Assembly (NCBI GenBank): GCA_041645215.1
Contig: JBAZQK010000004.1
Coordinates: forward strand, 2,475-66,474
Length of the DNA stretch: 64,000 nt
Reading direction: 5' to 3'
From: Patescibacteria group bacterium
GTDB taxonomy: Bacteria; Patescibacteriota; Patescibacteriia; Veblenbacterales; UBA10138
Shown here one piece after another: positions 10,201 through 19,852 of this stretch (positions are counted from its first letter, which is position 1; each line of letters starts with the position of its first letter). The notes under the pieces are model-generated. The model saw only the letters and a program-made list of their open reading frames with translations, was not told the origin of the DNA and did not search any database. The position numbers and the translations under genes were made by a program.

Positions 10201-10998
10201 TTACGGCCAAATACGGTTATATGGATGGAATATTCTGAATCCGTTTTTTCTTTTTAACTCTGACAAAATTAGTGATTTCTTGATTTCAACACCACGTGCA
10301 TTTAATGGAGTTTCACCTCGTTTCCCCCGACTGTCAAACCACCAAACGCCTAAATTTCTTTTATAGATTGGTGTGCCAAATATCTTTGCATACGTTGGAA
10401 TTTTATATTCTAGCATTCCTCTCTCTTTATTAGGTATTTCTTGCCACTTCCTAAAGAAGCTTCGCGGTAAAATTTGAAGTATAAACAAACTGCATAGCAG
10501 TCTTCCTTTATATCCATACTTTTGCTCTAAATATTTCTTAAAAGCAACATAGTCATTCCGCCGTTTACTTTGAGGTTTAGTCCAGTTCCAACGTACCTCT
10601 ATATTTTTATCTAATATACGAGTTCCCGATATGAATAACTGATCATTTTTTAAACCAGGAAACTGCTTCTTTATTGAGCCAAGGACTAAGGCATCCCATT
10701 GAATTACAACAATACTGTCCCACTTAAGTCGTCTCCCTTGTTTTTTATACCAGTCAAGAATCATTAGGTCACCATGGATCCATTTCCACGCAGTTGATTT
10801 AGCATGTTTTGAACTAACATAAAAATCGTTCAAAAGAGGTACAAGCAATTTTCTGTACTTAGAAACTTCTTTTTTTGTGCCACCATAAAGTCCGTAGATG
10901 GGTAGTCTCGGATTGTATCTCTTAATAAGCTCCAGACGATTTTTACATATGTCTGATTTTTGATAAAACCAAAATAATACTGCGAGTTTCATATACAA
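10201..10998 (-). CDS. Hypothetical protein (possibly glycosyltransferase-like)
   Basis: 265 aa AT-rich ORF with a QWD motif and C-terminal FHP. Family not certain. Confidence 0.7.
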   Translation of the reverse strand: MYMKLAVLFWFYQKSDICKNRLELIKRYNPRLPIYGLYGGTKKEVSKYRKLLVPLLNDFYVSSKHAKSTAWKWIHGDLMILDWYKKQGRRLKWDSIVVIQWDALVLGSIKKQFPGLKNDQLFISGTRILDKNIEVRWNWTKPQSKRRNDYVAFKKYLEQKYGYKGRLLCSLFILQILPRSFFRKWQEIPNKERGMLEYKIPTYAKIFGTPIYKRNLGVWWFDSRGKRGETPLNARGVEIKKSLILSELKRKNGFRIFHPYNRIWP

Positions 10999-11063
10999 AT
11001 TATATCACAGTCCGTGTTTACTTACGTAAAGTAAAAATATCAGATTCAATCAGGTGATTTAAC

Positions 11064-11338
11064 TGGCCCCGGGGGTCACTTCGACAAGCTCAGGACACAT
11101 TAAACCAAAACCATTCGCCAGGCTCATTGTTTTTAAAATTCGACAGGCCCATGGCACAAAGCCATGGGCCTGTCGAATGGCTCCCCAGCCATCACGCTGT
11201 TATAAGTTTGCTATCGAATATAGATTACTCAAATACTGGATGGCCTTAAAATTATAGCTCCGGGTCGTGGTGCCTGCCTGACGGCAGGCAGGGACATTAA
11301 AACTGGAGTGATAGCTAAGGCTGCAGCCTTAGCCTAAG
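11064..11338 (+). other. Cluster of att/tRNA-Asn 3'-end scars (TGGCCCCGGGGGT 11064; TGGCTCC 11178; TAGCTCCGGG 11255 with REP insertion)
   Basis: Similar to TGGCTCCGGGGGTGG. The 11255 copy reads (W)LRVV-[REP]-xDIKT. Confidence 0.55.
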
Positions 11339-11448
11339 TACCCCACACCCCAGCACCAGCATAGCTTCCTATTGACTCATTATTTCTTTTATTGTAAGGT
11401 CTTTATGAAGACCACAAAAGTACCCAACAAACAAAAAAAGAGGTAAAA

Positions 11449-12303
11449 ATGAAAACCCTTAAAATTCTACTTGTCGGTTTTATTTTGTTTATCGCTATCT
11501 CCTGTCAGAGCGAAAAGGACAAAACCAATCCTCCTAACTCAGAGCAGTCAAACATAACTACTAAATATGGGGAACCAGAAGAATACTTTCCCATGGTCAT
11601 CGGCAAAAAATGGAAATACAATATTAAATTGGCCGAGAACAAAGAAATGAGCCCATTGCAATATGAAGTAGTTAGCTGGCCAATAGGAAAAAATGCTATT
11701 TCCTACTTAACACGCGGCATATTATACAGCCGAGACAAAAATGACGACCTCTGGTTAGTTCTTCAAATTGATAGCTCGGCGTCAAAACAAGGACCGTTGC
11801 AATTCCCAATCGGTGTGAGATTAAAAGTGTTACGCGATGATTTACGTATCTACGGCTGGCCGGAATATAATGAAGGTATTTACTGGGCCCGCCCAGCATC
11901 TGGCCGGTTTCAAGTTACCGAAGTGGTTTTGTATGACCCTATGGGCCCGGGTGCGCCGCGGATAGGCAGTTGGGGTGGATGGGGTGCAGAGCCCGGCTAT
12001 TCATTAGGAATTAAATTCTTTGGTGGTCGTCCGAATACTAGTATTAGTTTGGGAAAGAATAGTCCCGATCGTCTAGTATTTATCGGACCAGAGGATTTTG
12101 CCGGTTCAACTGCCCTGCATTTTAGGCGTCTGGTAGGCGAGGATAGTGAAAACGATTACGGAAAATCAAAAAACATCAAGGCTGATTACTTAAACAAATC
12201 GTTCACTGAGGATATGTGGTACCTCAGGCACGTGGGGTTAGTACGCTTGGTCCAAATAGTCGATGGAACAAGGACAATGGTTTGGACACTTGAAGGGCAT
12301 TGA
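11449..12303 (+). CDS. Putative lipoprotein
   Basis: SD AGAGGT, signal peptide with lipobox AISC, and a YFPM..G..WKY motif. Confidence 0.8.
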   Translation: MKTLKILLVGFILFIAISCQSEKDKTNPPNSEQSNITTKYGEPEEYFPMVIGKKWKYNIKLAENKEMSPLQYEVVSWPIGKNAISYLTRGILYSRDKNDDLWLVLQIDSSASKQGPLQFPIGVRLKVLRDDLRIYGWPEYNEGIYWARPASGRFQVTEVVLYDPMGPGAPRIGSWGGWGAEPGYSLGIKFFGGRPNTSISLGKNSPDRLVFIGPEDFAGSTALHFRRLVGEDSENDYGKSKNIKADYLNKSFTEDMWYLRHVGLVRLVQIVDGTRTMVWTLEGH

Positions 12304-12452
12304 ACCCAAACATCAGCATGCATAGTTGCTGTCGATTTAGCTCGGCAGCAATTTTTTTAATGAGCGATGATTCAAATTTACTCCCAGACATCACTATAGC
12401 CTGGAAACAAAGAACTCACGTGCGTAACGATAAAAATGGTGGACAAAAGTCC

Positions 12453-12500
12453 TTGGCTCCGCATCGTGGAGGATATTAGAATCAGGATTGTGGTGAAATA
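12453..12500 (+). other. att scar TTGGCTCCG plus P' remnant (WLRIVEDIRI)
   Basis: Exact 9-nt core and a recombinase-tail-like translation. Confidence 0.65.
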
Positions 12501-12503
12501 TAT

Positions 12504-12626
12504 GGCTAAAGTCTTAAAATCCACAAATGTTCCCAACATTGGCCGTTATGGGTACCAGTAACAGACCGCCCAATATGTTAAGTGATTTTTTCATAAATTA
12601 AACTATTAAATATTCAAATTAATTAC
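12504..12626 (-). pseudogene. Degenerate duplicate of 14404-14551 (5' end of the 350-aa gene and 3' end of its upstream neighbour)
   Basis: Shared AAAGTCTTAAAATCCACAAATGTTCCCA, TGATTTTTTCATAAATT and CAAATTAATTAC blocks. Confidence 0.75.
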
Positions 12627-12679
12627 ATAACCTTTCATATTTTTTATAATTAAGAATTAATAAATTAATCATTATAATT

Positions 12680-13411
12680 TTACAGCCGTGATACCACAAA
12701 AGCCACCAAAAAACCAAAAACCGTTAAGGCGCTAATGGTAAACCCGCCCTCTTCATAAGCTTCCGGCATCATGTTAGCCGCCAGCATAGCCAGGATAGCG
12801 CCGGCCGCTAATGATTCCAAAATACCGATAGTGTTTGGACTTAAATCGTGTAAAAATAAATAACTAAATATCGTTATCAAAGTGATGAACAAGCTGGCGG
12901 CAAGCCAAGTGACAAAGATTTTGCCTGGCTTAAAGCCGGCTTTTTTCAAGCCACTGGCTGAAGCTACACCTTCGGGAAAGTTAGAAATGGCAATAGCCGC
13001 CAGCATCATCAAGCCAATATTTGGCTGGGCAAATAAGGTTATACCGAGGGCTATTGATTCAGGAATACCGTCTAACATTGAACCTAAGGTTATCATAAAT
13101 CCACTAGGTTCGCGTGGCGTAATTTTGAATTGATGGCGTTTATGCTTGCGACCACCCAGGTAGTGCACCAAATAATCGCTGCCGATATATATTAAGCCGC
13201 CAGCCAGAAACCCGATTATAACCGCGTCAAAACCGCCGCTTAAGAAAGCTTCGTCCATCAAACCAAAGGTTAGCGCGCAAATCAGCGCCCCGGCGCCAAA
13301 AGCCATAAAAGCCGCGATAGTCCTCTGCTCCCAGCGGCTATAAACACCACAGGCGGCTCCTAAAAGAAGACTAAAGCCATTCACCAGCGCAAAGGCAATT
13401 ATTTGAGTCAT
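12680..13411 (-). CDS. ZIP family metal transporter (ZupT-like)
   Basis: Multi-TM protein with LDGIPESIALG, ISNFPEG and AAGAILAM..NMMPEAYE motifs. Confidence 0.9.
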   Translation of the reverse strand: MTQIIAFALVNGFSLLLGAACGVYSRWEQRTIAAFMAFGAGALICALTFGLMDEAFLSGGFDAVIIGFLAGGLIYIGSDYLVHYLGGRKHKRHQFKITPREPSGFMITLGSMLDGIPESIALGITLFAQPNIGLMMLAAIAISNFPEGVASASGLKKAGFKPGKIFVTWLAASLFITLITIFSYLFLHDLSPNTIGILESLAAGAILAMLAANMMPEAYEEGGFTISALTVFGFLVAFVVSRL

Positions 13412-13467
13412 AGCAAATTAATATTTAGGTAATTTATCATACAAAAGCGAAGCCATGAACCAGGCAA

Positions 13468-14520
13468 TTAATTCAAGGGCTTATTATTTTCTAATTGTTT
13501 CCGTAAAGTTTCGCCTTTGGTAGCAACGGCGTCAACTTCGGCTTTAATCTGATTAAGCACAGTCTGGGGCACGCCAAAATCATTAGGAATTTTAACGTCA
13601 CCCAGTTTGGGCGTCAGGTCAGGAATATTTATTTGGGGCGCACCGGGTGGAAGTTTAATAATTGGAATAATACCAGTGGGCAAACCTATTTCATTCAATG
13701 TTATATCCAAAACAATGTCTGGTCCGCCCGTGCCAGTGGGATAAGGAAAAGCGAGCGGCAATGGCGGCAAGTCAATCCGGGCGGCCAAGGTCATTCTAAT
13801 AACCCGGCCATCATTGGCAAATGATTTAATTTTAATAAAACTTGGCAAATACGGTTCGATGACCTGGCGATTGATATAATCCTTCATACCGGCCTCAATG
13901 CGCGCCTTAATATCGCTCTCGTTGGGCAACTGCGCTAAAGCGGCGGCAGGAATATCCGCCGGTATCAACGGTTTAAACATCTTCTCAAACTGAATATAGG
14001 CTAGTTCCGCCTCCTTGGCCAAATCCACATTAATATCTACCTCCACATTTTTAATGCTCATTTTGCCGGATTTATAAGTGCCGGCCGGAATGTTAAGCTG
14101 CCCTAAATTAACCATATTTTTCCCTGGGTACAAAGTTTTAACGCCGCTGGCCGGTAGAACCACCATCTCCTGATTTTGGTCGTTTACAAAAATTAGATCA
14201 CCCATCTCCACCCTAATTTCAGGCACGCTGACCGAAGGCCTGAGGTTGGGCGGATCGGTTAGAAAGATATTTATTTTGCCAACTAAAAATTGCACATAAG
14301 GCGAGATTAGAATACCAATCACAATGGCACCAGCCCAGAATTTTGGCAACTTTATAATAAAATGTAATATCGCCACTACCACCACGGCCACGCCAGCGGC
14401 CAGGGCCAAAGTCTTAAAATCCACAAATGTTCCCAGTTTGGCTTCGGCCGCTAGCGCCGCCCCATAGGCCGTTGCGGGCACCAGCAACAAACCACCTAAG
14501 AGGTTGAATGATTTTTTCAT
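13468..14520 (-). CDS. Hypothetical membrane-anchored protein
   Basis: 350 aa with N-terminal signal/TM segments and a beta-rich domain (IPAGTYK). Confidence 0.75.
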   Translation of the reverse strand: MKKSFNLLGGLLLVPATAYGAALAAEAKLGTFVDFKTLALAAGVAVVVVAILHFIIKLPKFWAGAIVIGILISPYVQFLVGKINIFLTDPPNLRPSVSVPEIRVEMGDLIFVNDQNQEMVVLPASGVKTLYPGKNMVNLGQLNIPAGTYKSGKMSIKNVEVDINVDLAKEAELAYIQFEKMFKPLIPADIPAAALAQLPNESDIKARIEAGMKDYINRQVIEPYLPSFIKIKSFANDGRVIRMTLAARIDLPPLPLAFPYPTGTGGPDIVLDITLNEIGLPTGIIPIIKLPPGAPQINIPDLTPKLGDVKIPNDFGVPQTVLNQIKAEVDAVATKGETLRKQLENNKPLN

Positions 14521-14530
14521 AAATTGGAGT

Positions 14531-14926
14531 TTAAATATGCAAATTAATTACCAATGGTATAAGCGTATAATAAACCAGTAGCGACAGCAGTAGCCAGAGC
14601 AGAGAAAACTTAAAACAAATCAAACCTTTATAATTTAACCAACAACCAGAATAGTCCCAATCTAATTTTAAATTATGTTTTAATAAATAAACAGCCACGG
14701 CCAATTCCATCCCGGTGGTGAAGACGATGATTAACAATACTTGGTATATTAAGGCCAAACCGTAAAAATGTAAAAACCATAAAAATACCGCCGTGGCAGC
14801 ATACATCTGCACATTAACCAACCGTGGCCGTATTAGTTTATGTCTTTCAACTGACTTATAAATAAACTCCGCCACCGAACCAATCACCAAACCGGAAATA
14901 AAAACGATTATTAATTTAAGTAACAT
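14531..14926 (-). CDS. Putative ABC transporter permease-like membrane protein (CmpB/DUF1113-like)
   Basis: WDYS...NYKGLIC..FSLLW motif and four TM segments. Confidence 0.75.
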   Translation of the reverse strand: MLLKLIIVFISGLVIGSVAEFIYKSVERHKLIRPRLVNVQMYAATAVFLWFLHFYGLALIYQVLLIIVFTTGMELAVAVYLLKHNLKLDWDYSGCWLNYKGLICFKFSLLWLLLSLLVYYTLIPLVINLHI

Positions 14927-15093
14927 AAATTATAATACCTCCGACCAATTGTTCATCGAAATAATTTTCCCTAGGCCCTTTTTATTATACGCTAAATCAG
15001 CAAAATACCTTATAGACTAACCAGATTAATCAAAAAACATCTAAGGTGGTATAATATTATGACACAAGCAATTAACTCTTAGCCTTTAAATAT

Positions 15094-15381
15094 ATGCTTA
15101 ATGGACTTAGAGAAACCTCAATAGACAAACCGACCACAGATACAGATAAAGAAAAAAGTGATTTAGTAGTTGACCCAGAAGGAAAACTGAAATTAAATAA
15201 AGAAACCTGGGAACTTAGCTCCAAAGCCAGAAAAATGATTGAGAACCGTTGTCAAAGCCAGAAACTGACAGTTAAATTCCTAAAAGATTCCGTAGAACTC
15301 ACTTTCCCAAGCGGCCAGACAAAAACCTTTCCTAATGAAATTGCCATGCAATCTATTCTGAAAGTGCCGAACTGGTATTAA
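15094..15381 (+). CDS. Hypothetical protein
   Basis: 95 aa ORF preceded by TGGTATAAT and followed by a hairpin. Confidence 0.6.
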   Translation: MLNGLRETSIDKPTTDTDKEKSDLVVDPEGKLKLNKETWELSSKARKMIENRCQSQKLTVKFLKDSVELTFPSGQTKTFPNEIAMQSILKVPNWY

Positions 15382-15433
15382 GTTGCTGTCACAAAACACC
15401 CAGCTGACTAACCAGCTGGGTGTTTTATTATTT

Positions 15434-15536
15434 ACCCCGTTAGAAACAGAATGCCCCGCGGCTTGCCGCGGGGATGAATGCCGGTCGGTTTTAGCGAACA
15501 CGGTGTTTAATGCCCCGTGTGAGTTTCTAACGGGGT
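15434..15536. repeat. ACCCCGTTAGAA..TTCTAACGGGGT element with internal IS200/IS605-end-like hairpin; homologous (inverted) to 50897-51002
   Basis: The reverse complement aligns with 50897-51002 (CTCACAC-GGGCATTAAAC-CCGTGTTCGCT...CATTCATCCC-GCGGC). Confidence 0.8.
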
Positions 15537-16061
15537 TTACAAAATAATTGGAAAAACCTTAAACAATAAGAACAACCAAAGTATAATTTTAACCACCAAC
15601 TCCAGTGGCACTCTAACATAAGAAATTGTCGGCCGAGCCAAATAACTTTCCAGCGCCAACCATACGGCCATAATTACATCCCACCAGATAAAAAACAGGA
15701 AAAAGTTAAACTGATAGCCGGTAAGACCATAAAGAACTATTAATATGGCAATATTGCTGAATTTATCACTCCAGTGGTCAAGATAACCTCCGAAGTATGT
15801 AACTTTGTTTTTTAAACGCGCCATCGCCCCATCCAGCAAATCCAAAAAATAAACCAAGCCGAAGACCAAAACCTGAATTAAGCTTGGTTTAAATATCGCC
15901 CAGGGCAACCAAACCAGTAATATCACGCTGCGAAATATAGTTACCTGATTCGGTGTCAACCACTCTGGCAAAATTTTTACCAAAGGTATGAATTTTTTAT
16001 CCTTGGTCAGCCTTAGCTGGTCGTGAAACTTGGAAAGATTTTGTCCAATTTTGCTTAACAT
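15537..16061 (-). CDS. CDP-alcohol phosphatidyltransferase family protein
   Basis: TPNQVTIFR and the DLLDGAMAR..GGYLDHWSDK signature. Confidence 0.9.
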   Translation of the reverse strand: MLSKIGQNLSKFHDQLRLTKDKKFIPLVKILPEWLTPNQVTIFRSVILLVWLPWAIFKPSLIQVLVFGLVYFLDLLDGAMARLKNKVTYFGGYLDHWSDKFSNIAILIVLYGLTGYQFNFFLFFIWWDVIMAVWLALESYLARPTISYVRVPLELVVKIILWLFLLFKVFPIIL

Positions 16062-16177
16062 AAATTTTAGGTTCTTATATTATAGCACTAATAACCAACG
16101 GTTGTCCGAGTATTAATTATAATAAAAACCAGCGCTTCCTAAGAATTGCTGGCTTGAACAATTTGTCAGCTCGTTTG

Positions 16178-16360
16178 TTAACGAGCCTTTTTCTTTTTGA
16201 AAAAGTATATCACCGCGGCTGTAGCAGTGACCGCCAGGGTTGAAAGAAATCCCCAGGCGAAACCCTGATTGGCATTTTTACCTTTATCTTTAAAATAGCG
16301 GTAGCCTACTATTCCAACCAACAGGGCGATAATTACTCCATATATTACTATATTCGGCAT
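16178..16360 (-). CDS. Small two-TM membrane protein
   Basis: SD AAGGAGG, two TM helices, basic tail, operonic with 16378-17601. Confidence 0.75.
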   Translation of the reverse strand: MPNIVIYGVIIALLVGIVGYRYFKDKGKNANQGFAWGFLSTLAVTATAAVIYFFKKKKAR

Positions 16361-16377
16361 TGTATCCTCCTTAATCG

Positions 16378-17601
16378 TTAGTTGATATTGAAAGAATTGA
16401 CTCTTACTAATTCTCCTTCTTTGACTGTAAATTTCCTGGTCCGGCCGCCTCCTTGTTGATAATATTCTCCCACTGCTAGCAGTACCCTTCTTATCCCACG
16501 CGGGCGGACAGTGAGAACTAACCTTCCAGATGAATTATATATCTTAAAAGCAAAGTTGGTTTCATTATAGAATCTGACCTTACCTTTGAGCGGATACGAC
16601 CTAGAAATAGTGGGTGGTTCTTCATTGTTTTTTAAAGTCGTAGGAGCTGTAATTTCCTCCTGTTTAGGAACGGTGGAAGGCTGAGACGCTTGAGTTTCCG
16701 CAGATATATCCTGATTCTCTTTATATCTTTTATCTACGGCTTTTTCTTTTGGTGGTTCGGAAGCAGGTACTTCAGTCGGCCACAAACCTTTGCTTTTTAA
16801 GACAACCTCCCTACTCACCTTTTTAAGAACATCACCAGTAACAGGATCATAACCTGGTCCAGAATAGAACTTATACTGTCCATCCGGCCACTGGCTGTAA
16901 TATTTCAGCGGTTCGCCAGTTTTCGGATCAAAATCATAATCTTCAGTCGGCCAAAGTCCTTTGCTTTTCAAAATTATTTCCCGAGTCACCTTCTTTACCG
17001 GTTCGCCGGTCAAAGGATCAAAGCCGGGTTGAAGGTAAAATTTGTATTCGCCATTGGGCAGCTGACTGTAATATTGTATCGCTTCTCCAGTTTCCGGATC
17101 AAAAGGCGAATTGTTCTCGGGCCAAAGTCCATTGCTTTTCATACTGACTTCAGGAGTAACTTTTTTGAGCGAGTCACCGGTGAATGGATCAAAGCCGGGT
17201 TCGGAGTAAAACTTGTATTCGCCATTGGGTAGCTGACTGTAATACTTGACGGGTTTACCGGTTTCCGGATCGAAAAAGGTGTTTTTGGAAGCCAGATAGG
17301 CAAACAGGAAGAAAACAGCGATTCCGCCGAAAACGAGCGCGCGATAAAGACTCTTTTTCTTTTCCGGCAAAGGGGTGAAGGCTAAGGCCATGCGACCGAA
17401 AGGCAGCATGACTAGAACAGCTAAGAGTAAGGCGGCAAGCGCCTTGCTTAACTGGACATCCAAGCCGGTGATACCGCGGACTCCACCTTGAATCCAATTA
17501 AATATACTCCAAAAAAATAATAAGTTTCCGCCTGTAAGTAAAAGAAACAGGAGGAATAGGCCGATTATGACCAATACGGCGTTTCTTATGAATTTCTTCA
17601 T
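16378..17601 (-). CDS. Membrane protein with three tandem ~57-aa FDPxTG..YYSQ.P.G.YKFY..PG.DP.TG repeats
   Basis: SD AGGAG, three N-terminal TM segments, and repeats visible in both protein and DNA. Confidence 0.85.
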   Translation of the reverse strand: MKKFIRNAVLVIIGLFLLFLLLTGGNLLFFWSIFNWIQGGVRGITGLDVQLSKALAALLLAVLVMLPFGRMALAFTPLPEKKKSLYRALVFGGIAVFFLFAYLASKNTFFDPETGKPVKYYSQLPNGEYKFYSEPGFDPFTGDSLKKVTPEVSMKSNGLWPENNSPFDPETGEAIQYYSQLPNGEYKFYLQPGFDPLTGEPVKKVTREIILKSKGLWPTEDYDFDPKTGEPLKYYSQWPDGQYKFYSGPGYDPVTGDVLKKVSREVVLKSKGLWPTEVPASEPPKEKAVDKRYKENQDISAETQASQPSTVPKQEEITAPTTLKNNEEPPTISRSYPLKGKVRFYNETNFAFKIYNSSGRLVLTVRPRGIRRVLLAVGEYYQQGGGRTRKFTVKEGELVRVNSFNIN

Positions 17602-18002
17602 GGCTTACTCTCCTTTTTTGTTATTGTTATTAAAGGACAATTTTGAATTCAGTTTTGAATTCTTTAAATCTTAATATATAGTTAAAAATATGTCAATTTA
17701 TTAATACTAATCAAGGGACAGATAAAAAAGAGGCTCTTGTTTCTCTTAGTACATGTTAGCTTGTGATAATAAATGTTTCAGACAAATAAAAACGAGCGAT
17801 TTAAATCTACTCGTTTAAACATTCTAATTTTTTGTCTTATTTTGATAAGACGCATTTAAAGCTTTGATAAACAGAAATAGAACCCGTACCAAATTTGTCC
17901 GATTTTGATTAACATAAATTTATCTTTTCATTATACCGCAAATCACCGCTGGCACGCTTATTATAAACAAAACAACCCTTCCGAATAAACAAGTTGTTTT
18001 GT

Positions 18003-18038
18003 TTGGCTCACTGCCGTCAGGCAGGCAGGCGGGGGTGG
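18003..18038 (+). other. tRNA-Asn 3'-end scar TTGGCTC[20-nt palindrome]CGGGGGTGG
   Basis: Removing the insertion restores TTGGCTCCGGGGGTGG, identical to 28465-28480. Confidence 0.65.
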
Positions 18039-18135
18039 AACGTCAAACGTTCCTTGTTCGAGTGCCACACACTTACAAAGCAAAACAAAAAACCGCGAAC
18101 CAAAAAATTGGCTGCTTAAAGTATCGTTATAAATT

Positions 18136-18258
18136 TTACTTTTTCTTTCTCTTACTGGCCCTGGCTTCCAGCATCAGACGCTTTATTTCCAATCGCTTCT
18201 TGGTTTTGTGAGAATGTGATTTTTTGCCCTTACCGACTGCTTTTCTTCTTTTTGCCAT
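18136..18258 (-). CDS. 40-aa highly basic small protein MAKRRKAVGKGKKSHSHKTKKRLEIKRLMLEARASKRKKK
   Basis: Below the ORF track cutoff. Clean ATG..TAA with an upstream TGTTATACT extended -10-like box. Confidence 0.65.
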   Translation of the reverse strand: MAKRRKAVGKGKKSHSHKTKKRLEIKRLMLEARASKRKKK

Positions 18259-18395
18259 ATATATATTTCAATTACTTGATTATTCTTTAAGTATAACAGA
18301 AAATACTAACAAAGGAAAATACTCCCCGCTCGTGCCCGACTCGTCTGACGTTCCCCCGTTCGAGTTCCACGCATTCACAAAATAAAATAAAAAAA

Positions 18396-19274
18396 TTATT
18401 TTTCTTTTAATATAAAATGTTCAAAAATATACATTGCATCTTCGTTTCCGTATTTTTTAGCCATCTTATTAAAAAAATCTAAAACTGGTTTAGCCAAAAC
18501 ATTATCTACTTTTTGATTTTTAACAATTTCATTAAAGATATTCATATCTTTAGCCATGTACTTAAGATAGAAACCTATACTGGGATGTTTTTTACCCAAC
18601 CTACTTTTAATGGAAATACTTAAGGCGCTATTATTCCCAGAACTTTCGGATATTACTTCAACAGCTTTACGTAAATCTATATTGTTTTTCTTCAGGATTA
18701 TTAAACCTTGAGTACTGGCTAATAAATTCATGGCAAAAATAAAATTATTAAGTGCTTTAACATATAGACCTGAACCAAAAGACCCCAGATGTATAACAAA
18801 TGTACCCATAGATTTAAAAATTGGTAAACATTTTTGAAAAGCTTTTTTGTCGCCCCCTACCATAATTGACAAAGTACCTTTTACTGCCGCCTTCTGCCCT
18901 CTCGATACTGGAGCATCTAACATAACAACTCCTTTCTTTTTTAATATCCTCATTATTTTCAGGCTTTCCATTGGATTAGAAGTGCTCATGTCAATTACAA
19001 TCTGCCCTCTCTTTAGGCCTGCGAGTAATCCATCTTTACCAAACATAACTTGCTTAGTTTCTTTTGAGCTAGGTAACATTAAAATTACAATCTCACTTTC
19101 CAAGGCTACTTGTATTGGTTTTTTAGCAACACCTAAACCAGATTTTTCCAATTCATCTAGTACTTCTTTGGAGCGATTATAACCAGTAATTTTATAGCCA
19201 TTTTTAATGAGATTTTTGGCCATATATTTACCCATCTGGCCTAGCCCAATAAATCCTAATTTATACTTTTTCAT
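18396..19274 (-). CDS. NAD(P)-dependent oxidoreductase, 3-hydroxyisobutyrate/tartronate semialdehyde dehydrogenase family
   Basis: GFIGLGQMG, IDMSTS, LDAPVSRG, LSIMVGG, KALNN. Confidence 0.92.
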   Translation of the reverse strand: MKKYKLGFIGLGQMGKYMAKNLIKNGYKITGYNRSKEVLDELEKSGLGVAKKPIQVALESEIVILMLPSSKETKQVMFGKDGLLAGLKRGQIVIDMSTSNPMESLKIMRILKKKGVVMLDAPVSRGQKAAVKGTLSIMVGGDKKAFQKCLPIFKSMGTFVIHLGSFGSGLYVKALNNFIFAMNLLASTQGLIILKKNNIDLRKAVEVISESSGNNSALSISIKSRLGKKHPSIGFYLKYMAKDMNIFNEIVKNQKVDNVLAKPVLDFFNKMAKKYGNEDAMYIFEHFILKEK

Positions 19275-19362
19275 AAATTTATTATACATTATATAATCAT
19301 TAGGTTCTAACCTTCATTTGTCCTATACAAAAATCCCCAATATCTATTGGGGATTTTTGGTA

Positions 19363-19727
19363 TGGCTTCGGGGGTGGACTTCCGCCACCGGCGGATAAAC
19401 TACCCCATCCGCCAGGGCGGACCGCGGACGGACTCTACCACTTAACTCTTACATATCGTCGTCCTCCTTAGGAGGACTCCTCGGGTTAGCCACCGCCTCG
19501 CAGTCCGCCTTGGGCGGACATTGCTCCGGCGTTCTCGTCCCAACGCGAGTGAAGCAGTTCACTCGCTCCCCCTAAAAAAACAATAATAAAATCACCCACC
19601 TTGATGGTGAGTGATTGTATTATTGCTCGAACGATGATATGATTATAGAACAACTGACTGGGCAACCGAGCTTGAATACCCAGAGTTTACCCTGAAACAA
19701 ACTCAGCAACTCTTAGCCGTAATCTAA
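19363..19727 (+). other. att scars: tRNA-Asn 3' remnant (TGGCTTCGGGGGTGG, 19363) and P' remnant (19623; ..DYRTTDWATELEYPEFTLKQTQQLLAVI*), separated by palindromes
   Basis: Similarity to the tRNA-Asn end and to the recombinase-tail motif. Confidence 0.5.
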
Positions 19728-19835
19728 TCCTCAGACTAACTCTTTTATATAAAGGGTAAACCATTTTCATTTTAGGTTTAAGTATAGTTTATCAGATTAT
19801 TAAGCTCAAAGAAACAAGAAGAGAAGCCTTAAATT

Positions 19836-19844
19836 TGGTATAAT
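19836..19844 (+). promoter_or_regulatory. Extended -10 promoter TGGTATAAT, 8 nt before the ATG (near-leaderless mRNA)
   Basis: Consensus TGnTATAAT and no SD sequence. Confidence 0.6.
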
Positions 19845-19852
19845 CTGGTGTT

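Noticed and set aside
16760-17280. Three long direct DNA repeats as a possible CRISPR array or DGR template/variable pair
   Set aside because: They are in-frame protein repeats with no unique spacers, no cas genes, no reverse transcriptase and no evident adenine-specific differences.
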